Source: Terriglobia bacterium
GTDB taxonomy: Bacteria > Acidobacteriota > Terriglobia > Bryobacterales > Bryobacteraceae
Direction of reading: 5' to 3'
Length of the DNA: 64,000 nucleotides
NCBI GenBank assembly: GCA_025363475.1
Contig: JANYDS010000095.1
Location: 25,236-89,235, forward strand
Shown in pieces: positions 39,591-49,397 of this stretch; positions within the stretch are counted from its first letter, which is position 1; every line of letters begins with the position of its first letter. Made by a program: the position numbers and the translations under genes. The notes beneath the pieces are model-generated. The model was not told the DNA's origin and did not search any database. It saw only the letters and a program-made list of their open reading frames with translations.

Positions 39591-42500
39591 TTAAGCGGCT
39601 TCGACTGCCACCCGCTGCATGATGAAGGCTTCAATTACGTCGCCCTGTTTCACATCGCCAAAGTTGTCGATCGTAATCCCGCACTCCATACCCGCGCGGA
39701 CCTCACTCACGTCGTCTTTAAATCGGCGCAACGAGCCTATTTTGCCGCTATGGATTACCACGTTATCCCGGGTAATCCGCATCTGCGAATCGCGCGTGAT
39801 ATTGCCATCCATAATCAGGCAACCCGCAACCACGCCGACCTTGGAAACCTTGAAGACTTCCCGGACTTCGGCCTTGCCGCGATAGATTTCCTTGAAGACC
39901 GGCGCCAGCATACCCTGCATCGCCTTCTTCATCTCGTCCACCATTTCGTAAATGATGGTATGGAGCCGGATATCTACCTTTTCCTGCTCCGCAGCCGCAG
40001 CCGCGTTGCGTTCCGGACGTACACTGAAGCCAATGACGATGGCGTTTGAAGCCGCCGCCAGCTGGACATCCGATTCGTTGATCGCGCCCACACCGGAGCG
40101 AATCACGCGAACATTGATCTTGTCCGTCGACATCCGTTCGAGCGTATCGCGCAGAACTTCTGCCGACCCGCTCACGTCTGCCTTCAGAATAACCGCGAGT
40201 TCCTTCACTTCACCCGCCGCCATCTGTTTATGGAACTGTTCAAGCGTTATGCGGCCCGTTTTAGCCAGATTGGCCGCGCGCTCTTTCTCTGCGCGGTAAA
40301 GAACAATCTGCTTGGCTTTGGTGTTATCGGTGACCACCTGGAAACTGTCCCCCGCTTCGGGCAACTGCTCCAGACCCAGCACCTCTACCGGCATTGACGG
40401 CCCCACTTCCTTCACCTGCTTGCCCATATCGTCAAGCATCGCGCGAACGCGGCCAAAGACCGTTCCGCAGATGAAGTAATCGCCGACCCGCAGCGTACCG
40501 TTGCGCACCAGCACCGTTGCCACCGGACCACGACCGCGGTCCAGCTTGGCTTCGAGTACAGAGGCCATGGCGGGCCGTGCCGGATTGGCACGCAAATCCT
40601 GAATTTCCGCAACGAGCAGAATCATTTCCAGCAGCAGGTCCAGGTTTTCTTTCGTTCGAGCCGAAACGGGAACCATGACGGTATCGCCGCCCCAGTCTTC
40701 CGCCAGCAGGCCACGATCAGAAAGCTGCTGTTTAATACGATCTACCTGAGCATCCGCCCTGTCGATCTTGTTGATGGCAACAATGATCGGCACTTTGGCC
40801 GCTTTGGCATGGTCGATGGCTTCGAGCGTCTGCGGCATCACGCCATCATCCGCCGCCACCACCAGAACTACGATGTCAGTAACCTTGGCACCGCGGGCAC
40901 GCATCCGCGTGAAGGCTTCATGACCCGGCGTGTCGATAAACACGACGGTGTGGCCATTCTTCTCCACGTGATAGGCACCAATGTGCTGGGTAATACCACC
41001 GGCTTCCCGGTCGGCAACGTGCGCGACCCGGATGGAATCGAGCAGTGAGGTTTTGCCATGATCGACGTGACCCATGATCGTGACCACCGGAGGCCGGCGG
41101 AACAGATCTTTGGCTTCCTCAGCGACTTCGATGTCCTGCATCGCTTCTTCTTCGTAGGTGACCTGTGAAGTGGAAGCGCCAAATTCGCGCGAAATTTCCG
41201 TAGCCAGTTTCGCATCGAGAGTCTGGTTGATGGTGGCGAAAATGCCCCGGTCCACCAGCTTCTTGATGACGAAATTCGCCTTTACATCCAGCTTTTCCGA
41301 AAGCTCTTTAACGGTGATTCCTTCGGAAATTGTGATGTCACGGTTGATCGGCGGCGGCGCGGCAAATTCCCGCCGCGTTTGTGGCCGCAGGTTCTTTTCT
41401 TCCGGATCGCGCTGACGGTCACGACCGCCTCCGCGTCCCCGGTTCTGATTGTTGTACTGCGGACGGCGCGCAGCCTGATCTGACGGCGGCGGCGGCGTAC
41501 CCGGCCCGATCAATCCACCACCCACACGTGACGTGGGGTGCATGGGGCGCGGACCACCGGGGCGCTGACCCGGCATGGGCGGACGGCCCAATCGCCCCGC
41601 CATCGGCGGAGCACCACCCGGACGCGAAGGCGCACCCTGATAAAGCGGCTGACCGGGGCGCGGCTGCGGACGCATCGGAACACCCGGACGCGGCGGCGGA
41701 GCCTGACCCGGCATGGGAGAGCGCGGCAGTTGCCCCAATTTCGCAACAATATCGGCGCGCGGCGGAACTACAGGCCGTGCGGCAGGCTGACCAGCAAACG
41801 GACGCTGACCCTGTTCCGGATGTCCGCCACCCTGAAAACCACCACCCTGAAAACCACCACCCTGGAAAACGCCAGGAGGACGTGGCCCTGACGGACCCAT
41901 CGGTCGCGCCGGCGGACCACCCGCGGCAAGCGGAGATCGCGGAGGACGCGGCGGAGGTGCAATCGGCACACCCGGCCGAACACCCTGAGCGGGACGGGGC
42001 AAAGGCGCTCCCGGTCCGGCAGGTACAACCGGAGGAGCTGCGGGCATCGGCTGACGCGGACCTGACAAGACTTGGCCCGGACGCGGAGAAGCAGCCGGAA
42101 TGGGCCGCGCAGGAGGCGGCACCGGACGACCCGGGGCGGCAGAAAGCGTTGCCGGTCTGGGCGCAGAAAGAGGCGCGGACGCAGGACGCGGAACCAGCGG
42201 CGCAGCTGGCTTTAAGCCCGCCGGACTCGGCACCCCACTCGGCACCCCACCAGCCGGTGCAGCCGGTTTGACTCCCAGCGGCGGATGAATCGGCATACCC
42301 CGCGAAAGGGGAGGACGCAGCGGAATCGCCCGTGGCTTGTGATCTTCAGCAACAGCGACTGCGGCTGGAGCGACTGACACAGCCGGAACCTCGACCGGCG
42401 GCGCTGCCTTCGTGACCGGCGCGGAAACCGCCGCAGACTCGACAGGAGCCTGGCGCACGCCCGGCGGTGGAGCTTTCGCTACCGGCGCTTCCGCGACGGG

Positions 42501-42791
42501 CGCTGCGACAACCGGGGCTTTGGCTGCTTTCTCCGGCGCGGGGGCCTTGTCTTCAGCTACATCATGACCGTCGCCTGCGGAACTCTCGCTGGCGCTGCTG
42601 CCGCCCGCCGGGAACCGCCGCGTGATCGTCTCGCCGCGATAGTGGCGGCGCAAATCTTCAGCTCTGTCGTCGTCAATCGAGCTGGAGTGGGTTACCTTTT
42701 CGGCAATCCCAAGTTCATGGAGCTTGTCGATGACCTCGCGCGATTTTACTTCCAGTTGACGCGCCAGCTCATTGATTCGAATCTTACTCAT
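39591..42791 (-). CDS. infB: translation initiation factor IF-2
   Basis: 1066-aa ORF with G-domain motifs [20 protein letters not shown] and NKID, and a very long Pro/Ala-rich N-terminal linker. Confidence 0.97.
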   Translation of the reverse strand: MSKIRINELARQLEVKSREVIDKLHELGIAEKVTHSSSIDDDRAEDLRRHYRGETITRRFPAGGSSASESSAGDGHDVAEDKAPAPEKAAKAPVVAAPVAEAPVAKAPPPGVRQAPVESAAVSAPVTKAAPPVEVPAVSVAPAAVAVAEDHKPRAIPLRPPLSRGMPIHPPLGVKPAAPAGGVPSGVPSPAGLKPAAPLVPRPASAPLSAPRPATLSAAPGRPVPPPARPIPAASPRPGQVLSGPRQPMPAAPPVVPAGPGAPLPRPAQGVRPGVPIAPPPRPPRSPLAAGGPPARPMGPSGPRPPGVFQGGGFQGGGFQGGGHPEQGQRPFAGQPAARPVVPPRADIVAKLGQLPRSPMPGQAPPPRPGVPMRPQPRPGQPLYQGAPSRPGGAPPMAGRLGRPPMPGQRPGGPRPMHPTSRVGGGLIGPGTPPPPSDQAARRPQYNNQNRGRGGGRDRQRDPEEKNLRPQTRREFAAPPPINRDITISEGITVKELSEKLDVKANFVIKKLVDRGIFATINQTLDAKLATEISREFGASTSQVTYEEEAMQDIEVAEEAKDLFRRPPVVTIMGHVDHGKTSLLDSIRVAHVADREAGGITQHIGAYHVEKNGHTVVFIDTPGHEAFTRMRARGAKVTDIVVLVVAADDGVMPQTLEAIDHAKAAKVPIIVAINKIDRADAQVDRIKQQLSDRGLLAEDWGGDTVMVPVSARTKENLDLLLEMILLVAEIQDLRANPARPAMASVLEAKLDRGRGPVATVLVRNGTLRVGDYFICGTVFGRVRAMLDDMGKQVKEVGPSMPVEVLGLEQLPEAGDSFQVVTDNTKAKQIVLYRAEKERAANLAKTGRITLEQFHKQMAAGEVKELAVILKADVSGSAEVLRDTLERMSTDKINVRVIRSGVGAINESDVQLAAASNAIVIGFSVRPERNAAAAAEQEKVDIRLHTIIYEMVDEMKKAMQGMLAPVFKEIYRGKAEVREVFKVSKVGVVAGCLIMDGNITRDSQMRITRDNVVIHSGKIGSLRRFKDDVSEVRAGMECGITIDNFGDVKQGDVIEAFIMQRVAVEAA
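41827..41871 (-). repeat. 15-nt tandem repeat (about 3 copies) inside infB
   Basis: Plus-strand CCACCCTGAAAACCA occurs twice perfectly, then CCACCCTGGAAAACG. It encodes (FQGGG)x3 in the IF-2 linker. Confidence 0.8.
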
Positions 42792-42838
42792 ATTAAAGCG
42801 TTTCGTTTAACTGCCTGCGCCAAACTGACGGCTACTGC

Positions 42839-44305
42839 CTACTCGCCCGGTCCATCAATGGTACCAGAGGCCGAATTGACTGCTTCTTCCGCAGCTTCTT
42901 CCACAACCGTGGCTTTTTCTTCCGCCACTGCTTCTTCCGCTTCGGCTGTCGCCGCCTCAGAAACCGATTCTTCTGCCGCGACAGCTTCCACCACGGGCTC
43001 CGCTTCTGCTAACGGCTCTGCTTCGCCCGCATATTCCTCGCTGCCATATTCCTGCCCGTAGAAGCTGTTAATCGCCTGCTGAATCCGGTTGACGGCATCG
43101 TCATCAATCCCGTCAAGGGATTCCAGATCTTCCGGCGTCATACTGCCCAGGCGCTCAACCGTGCCAATATCACCCAGCACCAGAGCATCCACGATGGCTT
43201 CCGCCAGACCGTGCTCGATCAGGGCAGAGACCGGCGCGCCAGTGGAAAGCAGCTCGATCGCATTCTGCACTTCCTGACGCTTTTCTTCCTCGCTCTTGAT
43301 GTCGATTTTCCAGCCCAGAAGCTTGGCCGCCAGACGCACATTCTGGCCTTTTTTGCCAATCGCCAGCGACAACTGCGAATCATCCACAATCACTTCCATG
43401 TGGTGATCCACCGGATCAAGCACCGTCACCCGGCTGATCTTTGCCGGACTCAGGGCATGAGTCGCAAAACTAACTGGATCGTCGGAAAATTCAATGATGT
43501 CGATCTTTTCGCCGCGCAACTCGCGAATGATGGATTGAACCCGCATGCCCTTCATCCCGACACAGGCCCCAACGCTGTCCACATCGCGGTCGCGACTGGA
43601 AACGGCAATTTTCGTGCGTTCGCCGGCTTCCCGCGCACAGCCGCGGATAGACACCGTACCATCGTAAATTTCCGGGACTTCCTGTTCGAACAAACGCTTC
43701 ACCAGCTCAGCATCGCCGCGCGAAACCACAACCCCAGGACCCTTGGCCGATTTGTCGACGATCTTAATCACGCAGCGCACGCGGTCACCCACGCTATAGC
43801 TTTCCAGCCGCGACTGTTCGCGTTTCGGCAGGCGGGCTTCAGTCTTGCCCACGTCTACCACCAGGTCCAGACCTTCAATCCGCTTGATCGTGGTGTTCAC
43901 CAGTTCGCCCACGCGGTCAGCATATTCGCGGTAAATCGTATCGCGCTCGGCTTCCCTCACCTTCTGGAAAATAACCTGTTTCGCTGTCTGTGCCGAAATC
44001 CGGCCCAGCGCATCCGTCGGCTTCTGCTGGCGAATTACCGTACCCACTTCTGCCAGCGGATCCAGCACCTTCGCTTCCGCCAGTGTCATTTCAAGAGCCG
44101 GATCCACCACCGCCTCTGCCACAGTCTTCACGGAATAGAGCTTCAGCCCGCCCTTGGGGTCGAAATCCGCTTCGTAGTTCTCGAGTGTGCGGAAGTGCTT
44201 GCGAGCCGCAATCAGCATCGCGTCCTTAACCGCATCCAGAACAATCTGGGCGTCGATCCCTTTTTCCTTGCTTAAAATTTCGATTGACTGATAAATGCTG
44301 TCCAC
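42839..44305 (-). CDS. nusA: transcription termination/antitermination factor NusA
   Basis: 488-aa ORF colinear with NusA (N-terminal domain, S1, two KH domains) plus an acidic Glu/Ala-rich C-terminal tail. Confidence 0.97.
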   Translation of the reverse strand: MDSIYQSIEILSKEKGIDAQIVLDAVKDAMLIAARKHFRTLENYEADFDPKGGLKLYSVKTVAEAVVDPALEMTLAEAKVLDPLAEVGTVIRQQKPTDALGRISAQTAKQVIFQKVREAERDTIYREYADRVGELVNTTIKRIEGLDLVVDVGKTEARLPKREQSRLESYSVGDRVRCVIKIVDKSAKGPGVVVSRGDAELVKRLFEQEVPEIYDGTVSIRGCAREAGERTKIAVSSRDRDVDSVGACVGMKGMRVQSIIRELRGEKIDIIEFSDDPVSFATHALSPAKISRVTVLDPVDHHMEVIVDDSQLSLAIGKKGQNVRLAAKLLGWKIDIKSEEEKRQEVQNAIELLSTGAPVSALIEHGLAEAIVDALVLGDIGTVERLGSMTPEDLESLDGIDDDAVNRIQQAINSFYGQEYGSEEYAGEAEPLAEAEPVVEAVAAEESVSEAATAEAEEAVAEEKATVVEEAAEEAVNSASGTIDGPGE

Positions 44306-44375
44306 AATTGGCCTCGTTATTAGGTAAGGGTCGTCTGTCGGATAAATTTTTCGGAAAAATGAGGGAGCCGGACGG

Positions 44376-44849
44376 CTACCACTCGAACTTGAGGTTCGCC
44401 TGCTCCACCTGTTCCAGGGAGAATTCGATCTGCGTGCTGTCTGCCAGTTCCACGGTGACCTGTTCCACGCCGTCGGATGAGGCTGTCTTCGCTATGATCC
44501 CCTCAAAGCGCTTTGGCTGCGCCGGGTCTTTCATCACCACAGTGACTTTCTTGCCCGTAAACCGCTCCCAATCTCTCCATTTGGAAAGTTTACGTTCAAT
44601 GCCGGGGGAACTGACTTCCAGTTCATAAGTACCGGCGATGGGGTCTTCTTCATCAAGGATAGCGCTCATCTCACGGGAAACCGCCGCACAATCCTCATGG
44701 GTGACCCCGTTCGGCGTGTCAATGTACACCCGCAAGAGATGACTGCGTCCGGAACCTTTCAATTCGACTTCGACGATCTCGATATTTCTGGGCGCAGCCA
44801 CTTGCCCGGCAATGGCCTCCAGCCTCGAAATGACGTCCAACCGGCTCAT
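44376..44849 (-). CDS. rimP: ribosome maturation factor RimP
   Basis: 157-aa ORF directly upstream of nusA with the RimP-like N-terminus (VEVELKGSGRSHLLRVYID). Confidence 0.92.
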   Translation of the reverse strand: MSRLDVISRLEAIAGQVAAPRNIEIVEVELKGSGRSHLLRVYIDTPNGVTHEDCAAVSREMSAILDEEDPIAGTYELEVSSPGIERKLSKWRDWERFTGKKVTVVMKDPAQPKRFEGIIAKTASSDGVEQVTVELADSTQIEFSLEQVEQANLKFEW

Positions 44850-44895
44850 GTTTCCTCTGTTGCAACAAAATTGCGGTGTAATAATTCGGTACTAC

Positions 44896-44921
44896 AATAA
44901 AAAAGTGGGCTTCCGCCCACT
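44896..44921 (-). terminator. intrinsic terminator downstream of motB
   Basis: On the minus strand: AGTGGGC, loop GGAA, GCCCACT, followed by TTTTT-ATT. It lies about 95 nt after the motB stop and just upstream of the rimP promoter region. Confidence 0.7.
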
Positions 44922-45015
44922 TGTGGTCTTCGACCGTTGAAGTCAGTATAACAGGAAAATCAGCATCGGGGAATGGGCGGATATTCCCCTCCGCACCCCG
45001 GACAAACCTAACCGT

Positions 45016-45897
45016 TTAGTGTTTGGCTGCAGGCGGCAAAGGTGACGCTTTAGCCGCCGCGACTTCGTGTTTTGCCTCAACTTCCTGATTCCCCCCGTCT
45101 TCGCTGCCTTCCACGCCGCCCTTCCGGCCCGGACCTTCCAGCCCAATGCCAGCATTCAGATCCGCCTGCGTCAAAGGTTCGTACTGAATAATTACCGTAA
45201 CGCGGCGCTGTGACGGATCATCCGCCCCCACTCCCTCCCGCGGTGTCTGATCCGAATACCCGCGAACCTGCGTCACCTGATCGAGGCGCATGCCGTTCTG
45301 CTGCATCCACCGCCGCGCCGAATTCGCCCGGTCAGACGATAACTCCCAGTTGGAATACTCCCGTCCGCCATAAGGTTTGGAATCCGTATGACCCTCAATC
45401 ATGACCGTATTGGGCAATTTGCCGATTTCCTGCGCCAGCGTGGCGATCACGTCACGGCCGAAAGCGGTCACCTGCGGGCTTCCAGATTCGAAAAAAGTAG
45501 ATTTCTCCGCTTCCAGCATCTCGACGCGAATGCCTTCATTGGTAACAGTAAAAACCACCTGGTCGTGGATCTTCTGCAACGCGGCCGAATCCTTGACGGC
45601 CATCGCCAGCTTGTCCTTCAGCTTGCTCATCTCATTTTTGCGCACCGACAAGCTCTCACTGCCCGAACCGCGCAGCCCGTTGCCCACATCCCTGCCCTTG
45701 CCTTTGGGATCGGTAAAATAGCCGCCGACGGCTTTCTTTACCTGTTCGCTGCTGCTGAGCAGCCATAGTACGATGAACAACGCCATCATGGCGGTGACAA
45801 AATCAGCGTAAGCGACCTTCCAAGCCCCGCCGTGGTGTCCCGCGTGAGCCTTCGCTTTCCGCCTGATGATGATAATCGGCTGAACCTTGGCGCTCAC
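45016..45897 (-). CDS. motB: flagellar-type stator protein MotB (OmpA-like C-domain)
   Basis: 293-aa ORF with a single TM/plug region (WKVAYADFVTAMMALFIVLWLL) and a C-terminal OmpA-like domain (EGHTD...NWELSSDRA). Its GTG start immediately follows the motA TAG. Confidence 0.88.
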   Translation of the reverse strand: MSAKVQPIIIIRRKAKAHAGHHGGAWKVAYADFVTAMMALFIVLWLLSSSEQVKKAVGGYFTDPKGKGRDVGNGLRGSGSESLSVRKNEMSKLKDKLAMAVKDSAALQKIHDQVVFTVTNEGIRVEMLEAEKSTFFESGSPQVTAFGRDVIATLAQEIGKLPNTVMIEGHTDSKPYGGREYSNWELSSDRANSARRWMQQNGMRLDQVTQVRGYSDQTPREGVGADDPSQRRVTVIIQYEPLTQADLNAGIGLEGPGRKGGVEGSEDGGNQEVEAKHEVAAAKASPLPPAAKH

Positions 45898-46791
45898 CTA
45901 AGCCGCCTTCGCCTCAGCCGGACGACCCTTGCAGGCCGCCTCCATAGCCTTGAAGTTTGGCCGCAAATCCGGGGGAATTGCCCGGCGCGCAAACTCAACC
46001 GCGATTGTCGGAGCCATACCCTTTGCAAATGCCATCAAACCGGCACGTAACACTTGGTAATACTGCGATTCCGCCTCATAAATCTTGCCCAGATTCGCCG
46101 CAACAGGCGCGACCACACCATAAGACAGCAGAATTCCCAGAAATGTACCCACCAGTGCAGCCGCCACTTTATGCCCAATTTCTTCCGGCGGCCCGCCGAG
46201 GGCACCCATTGTAATCACGACGCCCAGCACCGCAGCCACAATTCCCAGTCCAGGCAAGGCATCGGCGACTGTCGCCAGCGCCGTGCCGGGCGCTGAGATT
46301 TCGTGGTGATGAATATCAATGTCGTTCTCGAGCAGCGCATCCAGATCGTGCGGCGCAACCACCCCGGATACAGCCGTTCGCAGCGTGTCGCAAATAAAGT
46401 GCAAAATATGGTGATCTTTTACGATCTTCGGGTATTTTTTGAATACCTCGCTCTTGTCGGGATTCTCCACATCTTCTTCCAGCTTCGCCGTCCCGCTCTT
46501 GCGCGCAAAAACAAAAATGTCATTCAGCAGCTTAAGTGTTTCGAGATAAAACTCCTTGGTAAACTTGCTGCCCGCGATCAAGCCGAGCACGCTGGTGAAG
46601 ACCTTAATGGTGAGGGACAGCGGGTTTCCCACCAGAATCGTGCCGAACGCTGACCCGCCAATAATCACCAGTTCGGCGGGCTGCACCAGCACGGCAAGGT
46701 TTCCCTTTTCCATAAGGAAACCGCCGACAATCGATCCGAATACAACGACTATCCCAATGAGCGCAAACATGACCTGTTGATCTATCGACAC
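45898..46791 (-). CDS. motA: flagellar-type stator protein MotA
   Basis: 297-aa ORF colinear with E. coli MotA (VQPAELVIIGG, LPGLGIVAAVLGVV, GTFLGILLSYG). Confidence 0.9.
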   Translation of the reverse strand: MSIDQQVMFALIGIVVVFGSIVGGFLMEKGNLAVLVQPAELVIIGGSAFGTILVGNPLSLTIKVFTSVLGLIAGSKFTKEFYLETLKLLNDIFVFARKSGTAKLEEDVENPDKSEVFKKYPKIVKDHHILHFICDTLRTAVSGVVAPHDLDALLENDIDIHHHEISAPGTALATVADALPGLGIVAAVLGVVITMGALGGPPEEIGHKVAAALVGTFLGILLSYGVVAPVAANLGKIYEAESQYYQVLRAGLMAFAKGMAPTIAVEFARRAIPPDLRPNFKAMEAACKGRPAEAKAA

Positions 46792-46856
46792 CTCTGCCCC
46801 AAAACTTCAGTCCGCACCCGTCTTCCGTCCTGGCCCCGGATGCTATCATCCGGCCT

Positions 46857-47777
46857 GTGATTACTGAGTTCACAATTGGCCTCGATTTGGGTGGCACAAA
46901 TCTGAGAGCGGCCGCGGTGGACAGGGCCGGCAAACTGCTCGACAGGATCTCCGGAAAAACAGCTTATTCGGAAGGCCGCGAGGCCATCGTCCACGATATG
47001 GTGGAAGCGATTTCCACCCTCCGCAACCGTTTCACCGGAAGCCTCGCAGGAATCGGTGTGGCCGTCCCGGGCTTTATCACCCTGGAAGACGGCATTATTC
47101 GAAACTCCAACAACCTGGCCTCGCTCGAAAATTTCGCTATCCGCGATGAACTCTCCCGGCGCCTGGGGACCCCCGTAATCCTCGAAAACGACGCCAACGC
47201 CGCGGCTCTGGGCGAACAATGGATCGGAGCCGGCCGTAACGTGAGTGACCTGGTCCTGATCTCCCTCGGCACAGGTATAGGCGGCGGCATCATCTCCGGC
47301 GGCAAGATCCTGCGCGGCAGCCACGGCATGGCGGGAGAGATTGGCCATATTACGGTGGTCCCCAACGGCAATCCATGTGGCTGCGGCAACCGCGGCTGTG
47401 TGGAAAAACACGCTTCGGCCATAGCGATTACTGCGATGGCCCGGATGCTCGGCCTCGGTGATGATCTGACGCCCAAAGAGGTTTACGAACTCGCCCTCGC
47501 GGGGACGGAGAAGAGCGAGAAGGCGCATATCATTTTTAGTTCCATGGGAGAGTCGCTCGGCATCCTGCTCGCCATGCTGGTGAACACCTTCAATTTCCCG
47601 CTCTACCTGGTGAGCGGAGGCCTTACCGGAGCCTGGGATCTCTTCGCCCCGGCGATGATCGCTGAAGCGTCGCGCCGTTCGTTCACCTTCCGGGCATCGT
47701 TCCCCCGCGTTGAAAAGGCACAGCTTGGCAATGAAGCGGGTTTATACGGTGCGGCTTATTTGCCCTGGCTGGGTTGA
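46857..47777 (+). CDS. glk: ROK-family glucokinase
   Basis: DLGGTN ATP-binding motif and the CGCGNRGCVE zinc motif. Confidence 0.88.
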   Translation: MITEFTIGLDLGGTNLRAAAVDRAGKLLDRISGKTAYSEGREAIVHDMVEAISTLRNRFTGSLAGIGVAVPGFITLEDGIIRNSNNLASLENFAIRDELSRRLGTPVILENDANAAALGEQWIGAGRNVSDLVLISLGTGIGGGIISGGKILRGSHGMAGEIGHITVVPNGNPCGCGNRGCVEKHASAIAITAMARMLGLGDDLTPKEVYELALAGTEKSEKAHIIFSSMGESLGILLAMLVNTFNFPLYLVSGGLTGAWDLFAPAMIAEASRRSFTFRASFPRVEKAQLGNEAGLYGAAYLPWLG

Positions 47778-47781
47778 TTCT

Positions 47782-47813
47782 GCCGTATTGAAATGCTGGT
47801 ATACTGATACGGC
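47782..47813 (+). promoter_or_regulatory. inverted repeat with embedded TATACT box upstream of vapB (candidate operator/promoter)
   Basis: GCCGTAT (47782-47788) and ATACGGC (47807-47813) flank TATACT (47800-47805). The right arm abuts the vapB ATG, and there is no Shine-Dalgarno. Confidence 0.35.
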
Positions 47814-48014
47814 ATGCAGGAATTAAAAAAAGTCACACTGATGCTGCCCGCTGACCTGCTCGCCAGAGCGACTCTAGCGACAGGCAAAGGAATCACGCCC
47901 ACTGTGCGTGAAGGTCTCGAAGCCATTGCTGCGGCTGGAGCCTGTGAAGGCTTGCGCCGACTTCGCGGCAAAGTGAAACTGACCATTAACGTAGACGAAC
48001 TGCGCCGGGATTAA
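47814..48014 (+). CDS. vapB: type II antitoxin VapB-like (ribbon-helix-helix type)
   Basis: 66-aa ORF 7 nt upstream of a PIN toxin gene. The N-terminal KKVTLMLPADLLARA is RHH-like. Confidence 0.7.
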   Translation: MQELKKVTLMLPADLLARATLATGKGITPTVREGLEAIAAAGACEGLRRLRGKVKLTINVDELRRD

Positions 48015-48021
48015 AGACGGA

Positions 48022-48396
48022 ATGGTCTGTCCGGACACAAACTGCGTGATCGCCTACCTTGCCGGCGATCCGGGGGCAGACGTTGAATTCCTCGATAAGC
48101 TTCTGGAGCGCAAAATGGTAGCCCTGTCCCCTGTGGTCGTCGCCGAATTGCTTAGCGATCCCGCGCTTCCAACTGAAGCCGAAATGCTGATTCGTTCTCT
48201 CCCTGAACTACACGTCGCGCCCGGTTACTGGCAGCGCGCCGGGAAATTGCGGGCGCAATTGGCGCAAAAAGGCTACAAGGCGAGACTAGCGGACACGCTG
48301 ATCGCACAGTCCTGCCTCGATCACCAGATCCCGCTGCTAACACGCGACTTGGGATTCCGCCGCTTCGCCAAAGTGGTTGGCCTCCAACTTCTGTAA
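48022..48396 (+). CDS. vapC: type II toxin VapC (PIN domain)
   Basis: 124-aa ORF with N-terminal CPDTNCVIAY (conserved Asp), SPVVVAELL, and the C-terminal ADTLIAQSCLDHQIPLLTRD motif. Confidence 0.9.
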   Translation: MVCPDTNCVIAYLAGDPGADVEFLDKLLERKMVALSPVVVAELLSDPALPTEAEMLIRSLPELHVAPGYWQRAGKLRAQLAQKGYKARLADTLIAQSCLDHQIPLLTRDLGFRRFAKVVGLQLL

Positions 48397-48398
48397 AG

Positions 48399-49370
48399 CT
48401 ACGGCCGGAATGTAATGGCACGGACAGTGCCCGATATTCCACCACTCGCAGCTTCACCCGGCTCATATTCAACTCTGACCCGCGCGGGGGCTTGTGGCCC
48501 GCAATTCAGATCAATCGTGGCACCCGTCGTGCCCGATATAACTACCTTTTCCGGCTCAGCCATCAACAGTGACACCGTGCCGTTTCTGGTTTTGACAACG
48601 AAGCGAGGAACCTTCTCGCCACAATTGAATTCCATAAACTCGCCTTCCACCGAAGGCAACTGAGAATACAGGCCCCCCGCAGGCCGCAGTGTCTCCGGAA
48701 TTTCTCCTCTCGTCAGGCGCGGAGGCCCATCAGTTAAATCGTCCGATAGAAATACTGGCGCTGCGGGAACTGCTGTCCGAGCCTTGACTGCCACGTCAAG
48801 ACTTCTAATGAAAGCCGCGGCCCTCTCGTGATCATCCGGAGCTTTTGCCGCTTCCAGCCACCGCAGGCCATTGGCCCGCGCATCCGCCGGTTCTCCAGTC
48901 TGGATTTTTCCGCAGGCGAGTAATTTATACAAACGGGGGGCGTCCTCAGACGTAATCACTTTCACAGGTGCCAGCGTTTCAAGCGCTTCCTTCACCTGCT
49001 GTCTGGCCATTTGAATTCGGGCCAGCACCAGCCGCACATCCACCCTGGCGGGATGGTCTGCCAGCAGCGCAGTCAGAGCCCGCGTTGCCCCAGACGGATC
49101 GGAGTTTCCGGCAAGCCGACCATAATCCCACAGCATCTGCGGATTCCGTCCCCCTAACTCGAACGCTGCGCCAAAAGCCTTCACCGCCTGCTCACGCTCC
49201 CCGGCACGCCAGACTAAATATCCCAGCGCCGACTGAGGTTCCGGACGTTCGGCGTAGTCCCGAGTCAGGTCCAGCCATTTCCGCCGGGTTTCATCTTCCT
49301 TCCCCGGGCGTTGACTGAGTTCCAGCAGCGCGAGTCTCACATCGAAATGCGCCGCAGGCCCGGCCGCCAC
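48399..49370 (-). CDS. TPR-like repeat protein (possibly the detached C-terminal part of the upstream peptidase gene)
   Basis: 323-aa ORF with a GTG start and TPR-like helical repeats. It is in the same frame as ORF 49398..50207, separated by one TAA plus 9 codons. Confidence 0.6.
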   Translation of the reverse strand: MAAGPAAHFDVRLALLELSQRPGKEDETRRKWLDLTRDYAERPEPQSALGYLVWRAGEREQAVKAFGAAFELGGRNPQMLWDYGRLAGNSDPSGATRALTALLADHPARVDVRLVLARIQMARQQVKEALETLAPVKVITSEDAPRLYKLLACGKIQTGEPADARANGLRWLEAAKAPDDHERAAAFIRSLDVAVKARTAVPAAPVFLSDDLTDGPPRLTRGEIPETLRPAGGLYSQLPSVEGEFMEFNCGEKVPRFVVKTRNGTVSLLMAEPEKVVISGTTGATIDLNCGPQAPARVRVEYEPGEAASGGISGTVRAITFRP

Positions 49371-49397
49371 CCTGCCCCCCCTTTTGCAATTTGGCCG

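Noticed and set aside
39591-42791. Repetitive Pro/Ala/Gly-rich DNA in infB and the Glu/Ala-rich tail of nusA, considered as possible repeat arrays or CRISPR-like structure.
   Set aside because: The repeats are in-frame low-complexity coding sequence without unique spacers of regular length. No cas genes or repeat-spacer periodicity occur anywhere in the window.
45016-46791. The MotA/MotB pair as ZorA/ZorB of a Zorya defence system.
   Set aside because: MotA here has the canonical ~300-aa length and lacks the long ZorA C-terminal tail. No zorC/zorD-like genes follow. The sequences are colinear with flagellar stators.
48416-48430. A sigma54-like element, TGGCAC-N5-GTGC.
   Set aside because: It lies inside the 3' end of a minus-strand gene and points toward a long run of minus-strand genes with nothing to transcribe. 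The -12 element is imperfect. It is most likely a chance match.
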